Assembly: GCA_031409655.1 (NCBI GenBank)
Contig: JANNXQ010000012.1
Span: 32,001 to 96,000, forward strand
Reading direction: 5' to 3'
Origin: Chthoniobacteraceae bacterium
Lineage (GTDB): Bacteria > Verrucomicrobiota > Verrucomicrobiia > Chthoniobacterales > Chthoniobacteraceae
DNA length: 64,000 bases
The position numbers were made by a program, and so were the translations under genes. Positions 12,396-22,253 of this stretch are shown one piece after another. Under the pieces are notes generated by a model that had not been told where the DNA came from, did not search any database, and saw only the letters and a list, made by a program, of their open reading frames with translations. How positions within the stretch are numbered: the stretch's first letter is position 1; every line of letters starts with the position of its first letter.

Positions 12396-13067
12396 TCAGC
12401 GGAGCCGGGTGCGGAGCCAGACGGCGCCGTGCATGCCGCAGAAGATGGCCACGAGGAGCAGTCCGAGCCGGAGTTCATGGAGCGGGGCGGACCAGTCAAA
12501 GCGTTCCCGGCTTCCCTCCTGCCAAGGCTGGATGCGCGGCACGATCCGAGGCACATTTTCCCGGTAGCGCTGATACTCCTGCGCGAACTGCCGGGTGAGC
12601 ATCTCTTCCTCCGCCGGAACGATGGAGACATAGAGGAAAATAAAAACGCCGACGTAGGGCACGAGCATCCAGGGATCGCCGAGGAGTCCCACCATGCCCA
12701 GCCCGAGCACGATGCTCGCGAGATAGATGGGATTCCGGACGTGGGCGTAAGGGCCTCCGGTGACGAGATGCGGCGCCTCGATCGTCGCGCGCCGCGTGTG
12801 GCTCCCGGCCCACCCGGCTGCCCAGGCGCGTCCGGCGAGGCCGAGTAAAACCAGCAGGAAGGAGGCGACGGTGCCAGTGAACTGATGCGGGACGAAGAGC
12901 GGTCGCGGGCGGATAAAGAGCATGCCGAGCGCGACGACCGCGAGGCCGACGTGCATCCGCCGGTGGAAGATGCGCTGGCCGAGTGCGGCACAACGGGCTC
13001 GAAACGAGCCGTCAGGCGGAGGTGGGCCTCCGTTGGCTTCGTTGGAGAGGGGTTTGGCCGGTGGCAT
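12396..13067 (-). CDS. Isoprenylcysteine carboxyl-methyltransferase / PEMT-family membrane methyltransferase
   Basis: LVTGGPYAHVRNPIY and EEEMLTRQFAQEYQRYRENVPR motifs; start uncertain. Confidence 0.8.
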   Translation of the reverse strand: MPPAKPLSNEANGGPPPPDGSFRARCAALGQRIFHRRMHVGLAVVALGMLFIRPRPLFVPHQFTGTVASFLLVLLGLAGRAWAAGWAGSHTRRATIEAPHLVTGGPYAHVRNPIYLASIVLGLGMVGLLGDPWMLVPYVGVFIFLYVSIVPAEEEMLTRQFAQEYQRYRENVPRIVPRIQPWQEGSRERFDWSAPLHELRLGLLLVAIFCGMHGAVWLRTRLR

Positions 13068-13126
13068 CAGCGCAATGTCCCAAAGGCGCGCTGTGGCGAC
13101 AACGTCTGAAGTAAATCGAGGGTCGG

Positions 13127-13143
13127 TTGGAACGATATTTGCA
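13127..13143 (+). promoter_or_regulatory. Sigma54 -24/-12 promoter of the pilin-like cluster
   Basis: TTGGAACGATATTTGCA: GG(13129-30)-N10-GC(13141-42). Confidence 0.7.
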
Positions 13144-13157
13144 GTAAAAGCCATAAT

Positions 13158-13649
13158 ATGAATGCGCATTCCGAAACGCAGATGACCAGGCGCGTCCCGC
13201 GATGCAGTGCCGCGTTCACCATTCTTGAGGCTGCGATTGCCTCCGCCTTGCTCGTGATCCTCGTCTCGACCGTGGCCGTGGCCATGATCCAGATCAATCG
13301 TTGGGCGGCGTCTGCTCGCCTCCAGACGATCGCGCTGGCCGTCGCGCAGCAGAAGGTGGATGAGGTGCTCGCCGTCCCGTGGCTGATCCGCAATCCGCGC
13401 CCCACCGTGCTCGCGGCCAGCACCGTGACCGAGAGTAACCTGACGCTGAACAACGACACCTTTAACTCCCAGACCGCCCTGAGTAGCCTGTTCACGGACC
13501 TCGATACTCCCGTCACCGCCACCCGCGTCACGGAGATCACCGATCTGCCGCCGCGCGGGGTCCGGGCTTCAGTGACGGTCAGCTTCACCTATCGGCAGCA
13601 TACCTATCGGTCCCAACTGACCACGCTCCGCGTCACCGATGACATCTAG
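13158..13649 (+). CDS. Type IV minor pilin / pseudopilin (PilV-like)
   Basis: Class III signal A|FTILEAAIASALLVILV with E5 and a hydrophobic helix. Confidence 0.8.
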   Translation: MNAHSETQMTRRVPRCSAAFTILEAAIASALLVILVSTVAVAMIQINRWAASARLQTIALAVAQQKVDEVLAVPWLIRNPRPTVLAASTVTESNLTLNNDTFNSQTALSSLFTDLDTPVTATRVTEITDLPPRGVRASVTVSFTYRQHTYRSQLTTLRVTDDI

Positions 13650-14559
13650 GCGCTCAGCATCGAACTCGGGCGGGATTGCAGGCTTCACGCTTGTGGAAAT
13701 GCTGATGGCCATCAGCATCTTCACCGTGGTCACGGCAGGATTGATTTCATTCAGTTCCTTCACAACGCGGACGGTCGCACGCAATCTCGCAACCAACCGG
13801 ACGCACGAGACAGTCCGCATCTCGAACCTGCAGTTCTTGCGCTATTTCCACGAATCCGCCTCCGCATTCCGCTTGCTGGATTTTAATGGCACCACCTACA
13901 CGGATGCCACCCCCGCTGGGACATCGGATCGAGATGCCACGACGGGAAGTTACGCGAGCACGCGCTCAAATGGCGTGCGTTTCCGGCGTCTCGCAGGCGG
14001 GCCTTACGCCTTCACGGCCAACACGACTTCGGGAAGCACGAACCTCTCCTTCAATTTCGCGGTGAATGGTCAGGTGCCCTACGTGCCGAGTGTCGGCGAT
14101 AAGCTGGTCATCCCGCTGATTTCCCGGGAGTTCGATATCTCCGCCGTTCCGACGGCCCCGACCACGGGGAGTCCTACCGGAACGGTGACAATTTCCGAGG
14201 CCGGCGGTCTGGGCTTCACGATCAATGCCACAACCGCGGGGAACACGACCACGGCCTACTTTTACCGGTCAACCGCCTTCACGGTTTGGGGTAACACCCT
14301 GCGCTATCACAACGATTTCACTGGAGTGCGGAAGGCCAACTTCACGGTCGTAAGGACGAACGTAACCTCACCGAAGCCCTTCTCGCTCCTCTACACGAGC
14401 CCGACTGGGACCACCGATGGACTTTCCGTGCGCATCTCGCTCGAAGCACACGATGGCGACTATTCCGCCCGGCGCTTCAGCAATGGAACCGCAACCCTCC
14501 AGGCCGTCATCCCGACCCGTTTTCTGCCCACGCCGATCACCTCGACTAACTCCAACTAA
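13639..14559 (+). CDS. Type IV minor pilin / pseudopilin (PilW-like), Thr/Ser-rich
   Basis: G|FTLVEMLMAISIF prepilin motif; overlaps the previous gene. Confidence 0.85.
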   Translation: MTSRRSASNSGGIAGFTLVEMLMAISIFTVVTAGLISFSSFTTRTVARNLATNRTHETVRISNLQFLRYFHESASAFRLLDFNGTTYTDATPAGTSDRDATTGSYASTRSNGVRFRRLAGGPYAFTANTTSGSTNLSFNFAVNGQVPYVPSVGDKLVIPLISREFDISAVPTAPTTGSPTGTVTISEAGGLGFTINATTAGNTTTAYFYRSTAFTVWGNTLRYHNDFTGVRKANFTVVRTNVTSPKPFSLLYTSPTGTTDGLSVRISLEAHDGDYSARRFSNGTATLQAVIPTRFLPTPITSTNSN

Positions 14560-14564
14560 ATCAA

Positions 14565-16472
14565 ATGAAGACTCGATCCGATTCCGGGATGGCGCTCGTG
14601 GGCGTCATTTTCACGATGGCCATCGTCGCCGCGCTCGTCGCGACGGTTTTTGCGGTCACTAATACTCAGGTTCACGTGGCCCGGCGCACCTTGAATCGAG
14701 CAACCGCAGTCGCCTACGGCGATGCCGTCATTGAGAGCCTCTACGATCAATGGCGATCTGCCATGATCTCGGTCACGGACACGACCGATCGGAAAGAAGG
14801 CCTTTCCAGCGCCGCCCTCGCCACCGTTTTGACCGCGCCATCCAGCACGACATTGCCGCCGCCCACGGGGATCAGCCTCGGGAGCTGGAGCGTGGTCGCC
14901 TGCACCCCTTTCCTCGCGCCCACCACGCTGGCAAGTGGGCGCCCGGTGCCGGAGAACGGCACCAACTCGAGCCTCCGGATCCGGTTCTACTACCTCGCCT
15001 CGGCCACGGTGAACTACCCGACGCCGGGCGGACCCTCCTCCCTCACGATTCAGCGGGCCTTCGTTCGGGGTGGGCGCAATCTCTTCGATAACTTCTTTTT
15101 TGGAACGCAGGCGAAGACTGAGTTTCATCCCGGCCCGGACATGTATGTCTCCGGCACCGTCTACATCGGCGGCGACCTCTTTACGGCCCACGACTCGCTT
15201 CACTTCATGAAAGACGTCACCGTCACCGGTGCGCACTCGTTGAACTACCGAACCGAAGACTCCCGCTACGGGACGGCACCGACGATCACCAATGGTGGCA
15301 CTGGGAATAACTGGGACATCAACAATCCACCCCATGTCGGGCAACAGCAGAAGCTTCTCGATACGCCGGTCGCAAGTCTCGATCCAAACTTCCTCGATGA
15401 TCTCCTCAGCAACGACGCCGACTCTGACACGCCAAGCAATTTGAACAACGACGGCTACCACGAGCTGATCGAGCAAAAGAACGGCACGGGTGCAGACCCC
15501 CTGCAACTGGACTCTGCGACTTCGGAGCGACTGGCGGGAAACAGTGACTACCGCATCCTTGTTGATGCGGGCAATAATGTCACTGTCTTTAAGGGGTCTG
15601 CGACAACCGCGCTCTCCACCGCCAGCGCGGACTACATTGCCATTACCGCCGCACTGACCCTGAACACGGCCCTGCGTGACGTCCGGGATGGCGATAACGT
15701 GCGGGTCGTAACGATGGATGTAGCGGCAATCAAGGCTGCACATACCAGCGGCACCATCACCGATAACTTCGGGGGGGCTGATGGCCTGATGCTTTACGTC
15801 CAGGACACCAGCGCAGGAACGAATGTGAATACGAAAGTGGTGAATTCAGTGACGGCGGCGGTTACGAATGTGTCGAGTTCGCGTTCGCGCGGTGTAAAGC
15901 TCGTCAACGGAGCGCAATTGCCGAGCGTCGGCTTCAGTGTGGTCTCTCCCAATGCGGTGTACATCAAAGGTGACTACAACACCGGCACCAATGGCGGAAC
16001 TCAGCCCCCATCCAATACCGCGACTACTTACACTCCGCCGACCACCAACCCGAGCCCTGTAGTAAGCGGCTACACCCGAGTTCCCGCCGCCGTGGTCGGC
16101 GATGCGGTGAACATCCTTTCGAACGCTTGGAACGATGCCAATTCGCTCTCCGGGGTGAGCGCCAGAGTGGCGTCGAACACCACGGTGAACACGGCCATCG
16201 TCGCCGGTAACGTCCCGACGACCTCCAGTTCGTACAGTGGGGGGATTGAAAACTTCACGAGGTTTCATGAAAACTGGAGCTCGCGTTACTTCACGATCTA
16301 CGGCGCGCTGGCCCTGCTCTACAACAGCGACCAGGCGACGCGCCCTTGGTCGAGTGCGAGCTATGGTGCGCCGAGCCGGCGGTGGTATTACGACAGCATG
16401 CTTCAGGAATCCAACCCGCCAGGGTTCAGTGCGGCGCGCGTCTATGAGCGCGGGCGCTGGCTCCAGCGTTAG
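14565..16472 (+). CDS. PilX-like large minor pilin with extended Thr/Asn-rich C-terminal domain
   Basis: G|MALVGVIFTMAIV (no E5, typical of PilX/GspK); C-terminal GGIENFTRFHENW...RRWYYD. Confidence 0.7.
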   Translation: MKTRSDSGMALVGVIFTMAIVAALVATVFAVTNTQVHVARRTLNRATAVAYGDAVIESLYDQWRSAMISVTDTTDRKEGLSSAALATVLTAPSSTTLPPPTGISLGSWSVVACTPFLAPTTLASGRPVPENGTNSSLRIRFYYLASATVNYPTPGGPSSLTIQRAFVRGGRNLFDNFFFGTQAKTEFHPGPDMYVSGTVYIGGDLFTAHDSLHFMKDVTVTGAHSLNYRTEDSRYGTAPTITNGGTGNNWDINNPPHVGQQQKLLDTPVASLDPNFLDDLLSNDADSDTPSNLNNDGYHELIEQKNGTGADPLQLDSATSERLAGNSDYRILVDAGNNVTVFKGSATTALSTASADYIAITAALTLNTALRDVRDGDNVRVVTMDVAAIKAAHTSGTITDNFGGADGLMLYVQDTSAGTNVNTKVVNSVTAAVTNVSSSRSRGVKLVNGAQLPSVGFSVVSPNAVYIKGDYNTGTNGGTQPPSNTATTYTPPTTNPSPVVSGYTRVPAAVVGDAVNILSNAWNDANSLSGVSARVASNTTVNTAIVAGNVPTTSSSYSGGIENFTRFHENWSSRYFTIYGALALLYNSDQATRPWSSASYGAPSRRWYYDSMLQESNPPGFSAARVYERGRWLQR

Positions 16473-16478
16473 ACCTTT

Positions 16479-17039
16479 ATGAAAACCCATATCCTCTGCG
16501 CCGGCCTGGTCCTGGCCACTCAAGGCCTGCTCTCTGCACTCGATCTGACGCCCATCCAGAGCTTCCGGGAACTGGAAGGAATCAAGATCCCGATGGTTCG
16601 GTTTAGCGATGGTTCCCGCAGCGTGACTTTTCAACCGCCGTCGCAATGGCGCGTCAGTGGTGGTGGTGATCGCGTCCAGATTCTTCCCTCGGAGTTTCAG
16701 CGCGCCTTGTTTCAGCTTCACGTCTGCGAGCGGCCGGAGGTTTCGGCGGGGCAGGAAGAGGATCTCGGCAAGTGGACCCTGAGTCTTCTTCCAGACGGTG
16801 CCGAGGAAGTGGTGCCGAAAGGTGAGGCCGTGGGGCAGTTCACGCTCGGCGCAGTCCCGAGTAATGAGCGGACTTACTCATGCAATCTCGGCGGCCGTCC
16901 GAGTACGGTGTCAGTGGCGTGGGTGGATCTTGGGGAGAAAGAGCGTCTGGCGGTGCTGGTGATCGCCAGCGACAAGGATTTCAAGGCAGTCCATGAAGAG
17001 GCGATCCGCAGCCTCTTCAGTTGGAGTTGGAGCGACTGA
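16479..17039 (+). CDS. Exported hypothetical protein, last gene of the pilin-like operon
   Basis: 6 nt after the previous stop; N-terminal signal-peptide-like sequence. Confidence 0.7.
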   Translation: MKTHILCAGLVLATQGLLSALDLTPIQSFRELEGIKIPMVRFSDGSRSVTFQPPSQWRVSGGGDRVQILPSEFQRALFQLHVCERPEVSAGQEEDLGKWTLSLLPDGAEEVVPKGEAVGQFTLGAVPSNERTYSCNLGGRPSTVSVAWVDLGEKERLAVLVIASDKDFKAVHEEAIRSLFSWSWSD

Positions 17040-17062
17040 GCGTTCTCCGATTCCCGACAAAT

Positions 17063-17839
17063 CTATGGTGCTGGCAGGGCCGCGGGCGGGATGGGGCTCG
17101 GGGTGCCGGAGAAATTGCGCATGAGTTCAATGTGGCCGCTGAAGTCTTCGACGAGGGCAGAGTTACTCTCCACCCAGTCGCCACTGTTGAGATATTCCAC
17201 TCCGTCGATCATGCGTATGCACGGTGAGTGGATGTGGCCGCAGACGACGCCATCCACTTGATCGGTGCGGGAGTAACGGACGATCGTCTCTTCAAACTTC
17301 CCGATAAAATTCACCGCGACTTTGACCCGCTGTTTGGCGTAGGCGCTCAAGGACCAATAGCCGAGACCGAAAACGCGGCGCGCCCAATTCAGGGGATGAT
17401 TGAGGCGGAGCAACAGGTTGTAGCCAAAGTCGCCGAGATGGGCGAGCCAGCGGATGTTTTGCACGACGGCATCAAGCTCATGGCCGTGGATGACGAGCAG
17501 GCGCCGACCATCTGCCGTTTCGTGGATGGCGCGAGGTTCGATGGTCACAGCCCCAAAATCGCCAATGAATCCGGCGACGAACTCGTCGTGGTTGCCCGGG
17601 ATGTAGATGATGCGGGTGCCTTTTCTGCCCGCGCGGAGGAGTTTCTGGATGACGTCGTTGTGGGCCTGCGGCCAGTAGATGTTGCGGCGGAGTTGCCATA
17701 CATCGATGAGATCGCCGACGACATAGAGAGTCTCAAATTCGTTCAGGCGGAGGAATTCGAGCAGTGCTTCCGCTTTGCTCCCGCGGGTGCCGAGGTGGAC
17801 ATCCGAAATCCAACCGGTGCGATGGCATTTTGGCGACAT
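17063..17839 (-). CDS. plcP: Metallophosphoesterase, PlcP / UDP-2,3-diacylglucosamine diphosphatase-like
   Basis: ISDVHLG, VGDLIDVW, YWPQAHNDVIQKLLR, PGNHDE, HGH, CGHIH, NSGDWVES. Confidence 0.7.
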   Translation of the reverse strand: MSPKCHRTGWISDVHLGTRGSKAEALLEFLRLNEFETLYVVGDLIDVWQLRRNIYWPQAHNDVIQKLLRAGRKGTRIIYIPGNHDEFVAGFIGDFGAVTIEPRAIHETADGRRLLVIHGHELDAVVQNIRWLAHLGDFGYNLLLRLNHPLNWARRVFGLGYWSLSAYAKQRVKVAVNFIGKFEETIVRYSRTDQVDGVVCGHIHSPCIRMIDGVEYLNSGDWVESNSALVEDFSGHIELMRNFSGTPSPIPPAALPAP

Positions 17840-17900
17840 GATGATCTAAAGGGCGGATGGGTGGGCATTTGTCAAAGAATCCCCGGCCCGAGGTTTCAGA

Positions 17901-17928
17901 TTTTACATGTCTGTCACAATGAAGCCAC
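17901..17928 (+). promoter_or_regulatory. Second Pho-box-like 11-bp-period repeat
   Basis: TTTAC / GTCAC / GCCAC ending at 17906, 17917 and 17928, in the region upstream of the plcP-like gene. Confidence 0.4.
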
Positions 17929-17963
17929 CCGATCCGCGCATTAAACGTGCTCTATGGGGCGCC

Positions 17964-18122
17964 ATGCAATCGACAGCCTGTAAGGTTCCCCCACAAAGCG
18001 AGACCCGCCCGCGTTGCGCACGGAGTCGGCGCAGAGTCGTGTCGGAGGTGCTGCGCGCGGCCTATCGGCAGCACGTTCGCGACCGCTTCACGCGCATCGC
18101 GGTGAAGCAGGCGCTCGGCTAG
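17964..18122 (+). CDS. Possible small basic protein (52 aa)
   Basis: MQSTACKVPP...FTRIAVKQALG fills an otherwise empty gap; no recognisable family. Confidence 0.3.
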   Translation: MQSTACKVPPQSETRPRCARSRRRVVSEVLRAAYRQHVRDRFTRIAVKQALG

Positions 18123-18242
18123 GCGCACGGGTCACAAACCGGAGCGACTCGCTCCGCTTCCGCTGCGCGGAGGGCAAATGTTCACAAAAACCGAGTTGAC
18201 GACCAGAGGCACAGTCGTAAGCGTTTTTTCACTCCCGTTCCT

Positions 18243-18572
18243 GTGAAAAAAGAAGCCGCCAGTAAATCGACCGCCGATCTCCAGTATCAGCCTGTTGCTC
18301 AAGAGCTGGGCTTTCTGCGCAAGACGATGCGCGAACTCGTGGGCGCGTACTCCGATCAATTGGAAGGCGAGATCGCGGCCCTGGCTTCTGGGGTGAAAGC
18401 GGATGCGGAGGGGAAGAAAGTGGTCCCTTCGTCGAGGGCGCACGATTTGCGCGACATGCTCTCCTTGCTCCGCAGTCTCGAGGTGAAGCCGGCCAAAGGT
18501 CGGCGGCGCGACCTCAAGAAAGTCGAGGTCCTGGTGGAAGACCTACAGCGCATCGTAGAGCGTTGGGCCTAG
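18243..18572 (+). CDS. Hypothetical helical protein
   Basis: GTG-start ORF with genome-typical codon usage, convergent with the SseB-family gene. Confidence 0.7.
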   Translation: MKKEAASKSTADLQYQPVAQELGFLRKTMRELVGAYSDQLEGEIAALASGVKADAEGKKVVPSSRAHDLRDMLSLLRSLEVKPAKGRRRDLKKVEVLVEDLQRIVERWA

Positions 18573-18590
18573 CGGCAGCGGTTCCTTTCC

Positions 18591-19382
18591 TCAATCAACC
18601 GCGACGTAGAAAGGCGGCACGCGTTTGAACATGCTCTGTACATAGGGTGCGTCCGTCTCGTCGAGCAGGCCAAGTTCGACGAGGTCGATGTTTTTGGGCG
18701 CGGTGCCGGCGACCAGCCGCAGATCGTGGAAAATGGCGTCGTCGCGCGGATCCATGAGGACGAGCACCTGATAGTGTCGTCCCCCGGTCGGCAGTTTCTC
18801 GCCGCCCGGCACCCCGAAAATCCAGGCGGCGCGAAATTCACGGTGGCGCCGGAAAAGTTCGAAGAGGCGCTGCACGAGGGCGGTCGGGAAATCCGCGGGA
18901 TCAATGTGTTTGAGCGTGCCGGTGCGCGACTCGTCGTTGGCCAGGGGGTGCGGTTTCAGCGCGGTGCCGTTCCCCAGATCGCGCAGCAGTTCCGGGGAAA
19001 GGGTGATCTCGCCAGTGGCGCAACTCTTATTCAATACTGCGCGCAATCCGGCTCCGCCCAGGATCGTCAGGACCTGCTCCGCCTCCATGGCTCCCGCGGA
19101 ATAGGTGCGCGGAGGGACCTTGCCTTTCTCCAAACCTTCCTCGACGCGATCCTCAGACGAAAACAGCGGGACGACCGGGCCATGCGCATCCTGCAATTGC
19201 ACGAAAGGAAGCGGCATTCCCACTCTGAGTTCCATCATCTCGCCCTCGATCTCGGGATGATACCGGACCAGGAACCAAAGCTCGCCCTCGATCAGTTGTC
19301 GGAAGAGATCCGGCATCGCTGCCTGGCTGCGGATCGCTGCCATGATGGCGCGGTCAAGATCGTTCGTTGGAGAAAAGGCCAT
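18591..19382 (-). CDS. SseB-family protein (SseB + SseB_C domains)
   Basis: NDLDRAI start, VVPLFSSEDRV, AVLN, C-terminal FRAAWIF...VPPFY pattern. Confidence 0.7.
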   Translation of the reverse strand: MAFSPTNDLDRAIMAAIRSQAAMPDLFRQLIEGELWFLVRYHPEIEGEMMELRVGMPLPFVQLQDAHGPVVPLFSSEDRVEEGLEKGKVPPRTYSAGAMEAEQVLTILGGAGLRAVLNKSCATGEITLSPELLRDLGNGTALKPHPLANDESRTGTLKHIDPADFPTALVQRLFELFRRHREFRAAWIFGVPGGEKLPTGGRHYQVLVLMDPRDDAIFHDLRLVAGTAPKNIDLVELGLLDETDAPYVQSMFKRVPPFYVAVD

Positions 19383-19619
19383 GGGTCGAGATGGGCTCGG
19401 GGCGATCTTTCTACGACCGGATTTCAGAGGCAACACTGCTCTTCGACGGATCATGGTCACCATCGGCGGCGGTCGGGGGTCTTGAGAGTATGACTTTGCC
19501 GTCCTTCAAAAACCCTCTTGCCAACCCCGGTGCTCTCTTTCAGCTTGCACGCCCTCGAAAGGAAAAGCCCCTGCGCGTGCTCCGGGGCCCGATCTTCGTA
19601 AAACTGTTGTAATTACTTC

Positions 19620-22121
19620 ATGGCCAAGACTCTCGTTATCGCGGAAAAGCCCAGTGTCGCCGCTGATTTGGCCAAAGTGCTGGGGCGTTGTAAGAAGGAG
19701 ACCGACTACTACGAGAGCGATCAGTATGTGATCTCGTCGGCGGTCGGCCATCTGCTCGAACTCGCCCCGCCGGAGGGCTTTGAGCCCGCCCGGGGGAAGT
19801 GGAATATCGAGAATCTGCCGTCGCTGCCGCCCGAGTTTGCGCTCGTGCCGATCGAGAAAAATGTGAATCGGCTAAACGTCCTGAAGCGACTGCTGAAGCG
19901 GAAGGATGTGGATGAAGTCATCGATGCGTGCGACGCCGGGCGTGAGGGGGAACTCATTTTCCGCAATGTGATGCGACATACGGGCTGCAAGAAGCCGAGC
20001 AAGCGGCTGTGGCTCCAGTCGATGACCCCGGACGCCATCCGGACGGCTTTCAGTAATCTGCGGAGCGATGAGGAAATGCGGCCGCTGTCGGACGCGGCGA
20101 CTTCCCGGAGCGAGTCGGACTGGCTGGTCGGGATCAATTCCACGCGCGCCCTCACGGCCTTTAATACGAAGGCGATGGGCGGCTTTCAGAAGACCACCGC
20201 TGGGCGGGTGCAGACGCCGACGCTGGCGATCCTCGTGGAGCGGGAGGAGCGCATCCGGGCGTTTAAGGCGAAGACGTATTTTGAGGTCTATGGCGACTTT
20301 GGTGTAGATGCGGGGAGTTATCGCGGGCGCTGGTTTGACGATAAATTTACGAAGAAGACGGGAGAAGAGGAAGGTAAGGCGGAGCGCATCTGGGAGAAGG
20401 CCAAGGCAGAAACGATCAAGGCAAAGTGCGATGGAAAGCCGGGCACGATCACGGAGGAAAAGAAGCCGACCTCGCAGATCAGTCCGCAGCTCTACGACCT
20501 CACGACTTTGCAGCGGGAGGCAAATCAGCGGTTCGGTTTCCCGGCCCGGATGACGCTCCAGATCGCCCAGGCGCTCTACGAGAAGCACAAGGTGCTGACC
20601 TATCCGCGGACGGACTCGCGTTATCTGCCGGAGGATCACGTGGCGACGGCGAAGGAGGTGATGACGAGCTTCGACGATGTCTCACTTTCGACCCACGCGA
20701 CGAAGGCGCTCCAGCAGGGCTGGGTGAAGCCGAACAAGCGCATCTTCAATAATGCGAAGGTGAGTGATCACTTTGCCATCGTGCCGACAGGCACCTCGGC
20801 GAAGAGTCTGGACGAGAAGGAGCACAAAATTTTCGACATGGTCGCGCGCCGCTTTATCGCGGTGTTTTTCCCGGCGGCACAGTTTGAGGTGACGACGCGG
20901 ATCACGACAGTGGAGGCGGAGAAATTTAAGACTGATGGGAAGGTGATCGTCGATCCGGGCTGGCTCGCGGTCTATGGCCGGCAGGCGGAAGGCGATGGGG
21001 AGAATGACCGGGCCATCGTGCCGATCCGGGCGGGCGAGACGGCGCGCACCGAAGGGATCGAGATCAGGGAATGCGAGACGAAGCCGCCGGCGCGTTTTTC
21101 CGAAGCGACGCTGCTCTCCGCGATGGAAGGCGCGGGCAAACTCGTCGATGACGAGGAACTGCGCGAAGCGATGGCCGAGCGCGGGCTCGGCACACCCGCG
21201 ACGCGGGCGCAGACCATTGAGGGGTTGATTTACGAGGGCTATCTCTTGCGGCAGGGTCGGGAGCTTTTTGTGACGGCGAAGGGGATGTCGCTCATCACGC
21301 TGCTGCGCAATGTGCAGGCAGAAGCGCTGACCAAGCCGGAACTCACTGGCGAATGGGAGCACAAGCTCCGGCGGATGGAGCGCGGCGAGCTTTCGCGCGA
21401 TGTCTTCATGGGCGAGATCCGCAAGCTCACGACGGAGATCGTGGAGAAAGTGCGCAAGGGCATCGGTCAGGAAGTGCATGGGACCTTTGAGGCGCTGGCG
21501 GTGAAGTGTCCGCGCTGCGCCGAGGGGCCGTTCAAGGAAACCTTCCGCGCATTTGAGTGTCCGGGCTGCAAGCTCATCGTCTGGAAGACCATGGCGGGGC
21601 GGGAATTTGAGCGCGAGGAAGTGCTGAAGCTCCTGACGGAGAAGCGCGTCGGGCCGCTGGAGAATTTTCGGAGCAAACTCGGGCGCACCTTTTCCGCGAC
21701 GGTCATTTTCGACGAGCAGGAGTGGAAGCAGAAGTTCGACTTCGACAAAGGCGACGGTTCGGACAAACCGAACGGCGGGCTGGACATCACCCAAGCAAAG
21801 GCGCTCGGCGAATCGCCGGCGGGCGCAGTGTACGAAACGGACGCTGCCTACTTCTGCGTGCCGGCTGATCCGAAGGGGAAGACCGTCCGCATGGGCAAGC
21901 TGATCCTGCAAAAACACATCCCGCCAGAGCAGGCGTTGAAACTTTTCCGCGAAGGTAAGACGGACTTGCTTCCCCGCTTCATCTCGAAGAAGGGCAAGCC
22001 ATTTGCCGCGCATCTGAAGCTCGAAGGAGACAAGGTCGGCTTTGAGTTTGCGCCGCGGGCGCCGAAGAAGCCCGCGAAGTCGAAGAAGCCTCCTGAGGCC
22101 CCGGCTGAGGAAGCGGCCTAA
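19620..22121 (+). CDS. topB: DNA topoisomerase III (type IA)
   Basis: LVIAEKPSVA, DAGREGELIF, GRVQTPTL, LTYPRTDS, GLGTPATRA; C-terminal repeats. Confidence 0.92.
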   Translation: MAKTLVIAEKPSVAADLAKVLGRCKKETDYYESDQYVISSAVGHLLELAPPEGFEPARGKWNIENLPSLPPEFALVPIEKNVNRLNVLKRLLKRKDVDEVIDACDAGREGELIFRNVMRHTGCKKPSKRLWLQSMTPDAIRTAFSNLRSDEEMRPLSDAATSRSESDWLVGINSTRALTAFNTKAMGGFQKTTAGRVQTPTLAILVEREERIRAFKAKTYFEVYGDFGVDAGSYRGRWFDDKFTKKTGEEEGKAERIWEKAKAETIKAKCDGKPGTITEEKKPTSQISPQLYDLTTLQREANQRFGFPARMTLQIAQALYEKHKVLTYPRTDSRYLPEDHVATAKEVMTSFDDVSLSTHATKALQQGWVKPNKRIFNNAKVSDHFAIVPTGTSAKSLDEKEHKIFDMVARRFIAVFFPAAQFEVTTRITTVEAEKFKTDGKVIVDPGWLAVYGRQAEGDGENDRAIVPIRAGETARTEGIEIRECETKPPARFSEATLLSAMEGAGKLVDDEELREAMAERGLGTPATRAQTIEGLIYEGYLLRQGRELFVTAKGMSLITLLRNVQAEALTKPELTGEWEHKLRRMERGELSRDVFMGEIRKLTTEIVEKVRKGIGQEVHGTFEALAVKCPRCAEGPFKETFRAFECPGCKLIVWKTMAGREFEREEVLKLLTEKRVGPLENFRSKLGRTFSATVIFDEQEWKQKFDFDKGDGSDKPNGGLDITQAKALGESPAGAVYETDAAYFCVPADPKGKTVRMGKLILQKHIPPEQALKLFREGKTDLLPRFISKKGKPFAAHLKLEGDKVGFEFAPRAPKKPAKSKKPPEAPAEEAA

Positions 22122-22124
22122 CTC

Positions 22125-22253
22125 CTGGGAGCGCCGCCGTCCCGTGCGGCATCCTGATTTTCCGCGCGAAGCGTCTCGCTTGCTAGAAGACCGAAATGAA
22201 TTCGGCGCTGCGCGCCGCACACGGATTGCCGCACGGGACGGAGGCGCTCCCGG
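22125..22253. repeat. REP/MITE-like element with 27-bp terminal inverted repeats, copy 1
   Basis: CTGGGAGCGCCGCCGTCCCGTGCGGCA ... TGCCGCACGGGACGGAGGCGCTCCCGG between convergent topB and murA; second copy at 61902. Confidence 0.85.

Noticed and set aside
18196..18224. Sigma70 promoter TTGACG...TAAGCG before ORF 18243
   Set aside because: Good -35 but poor -10 and a 16-bp spacer; not supportable by eye
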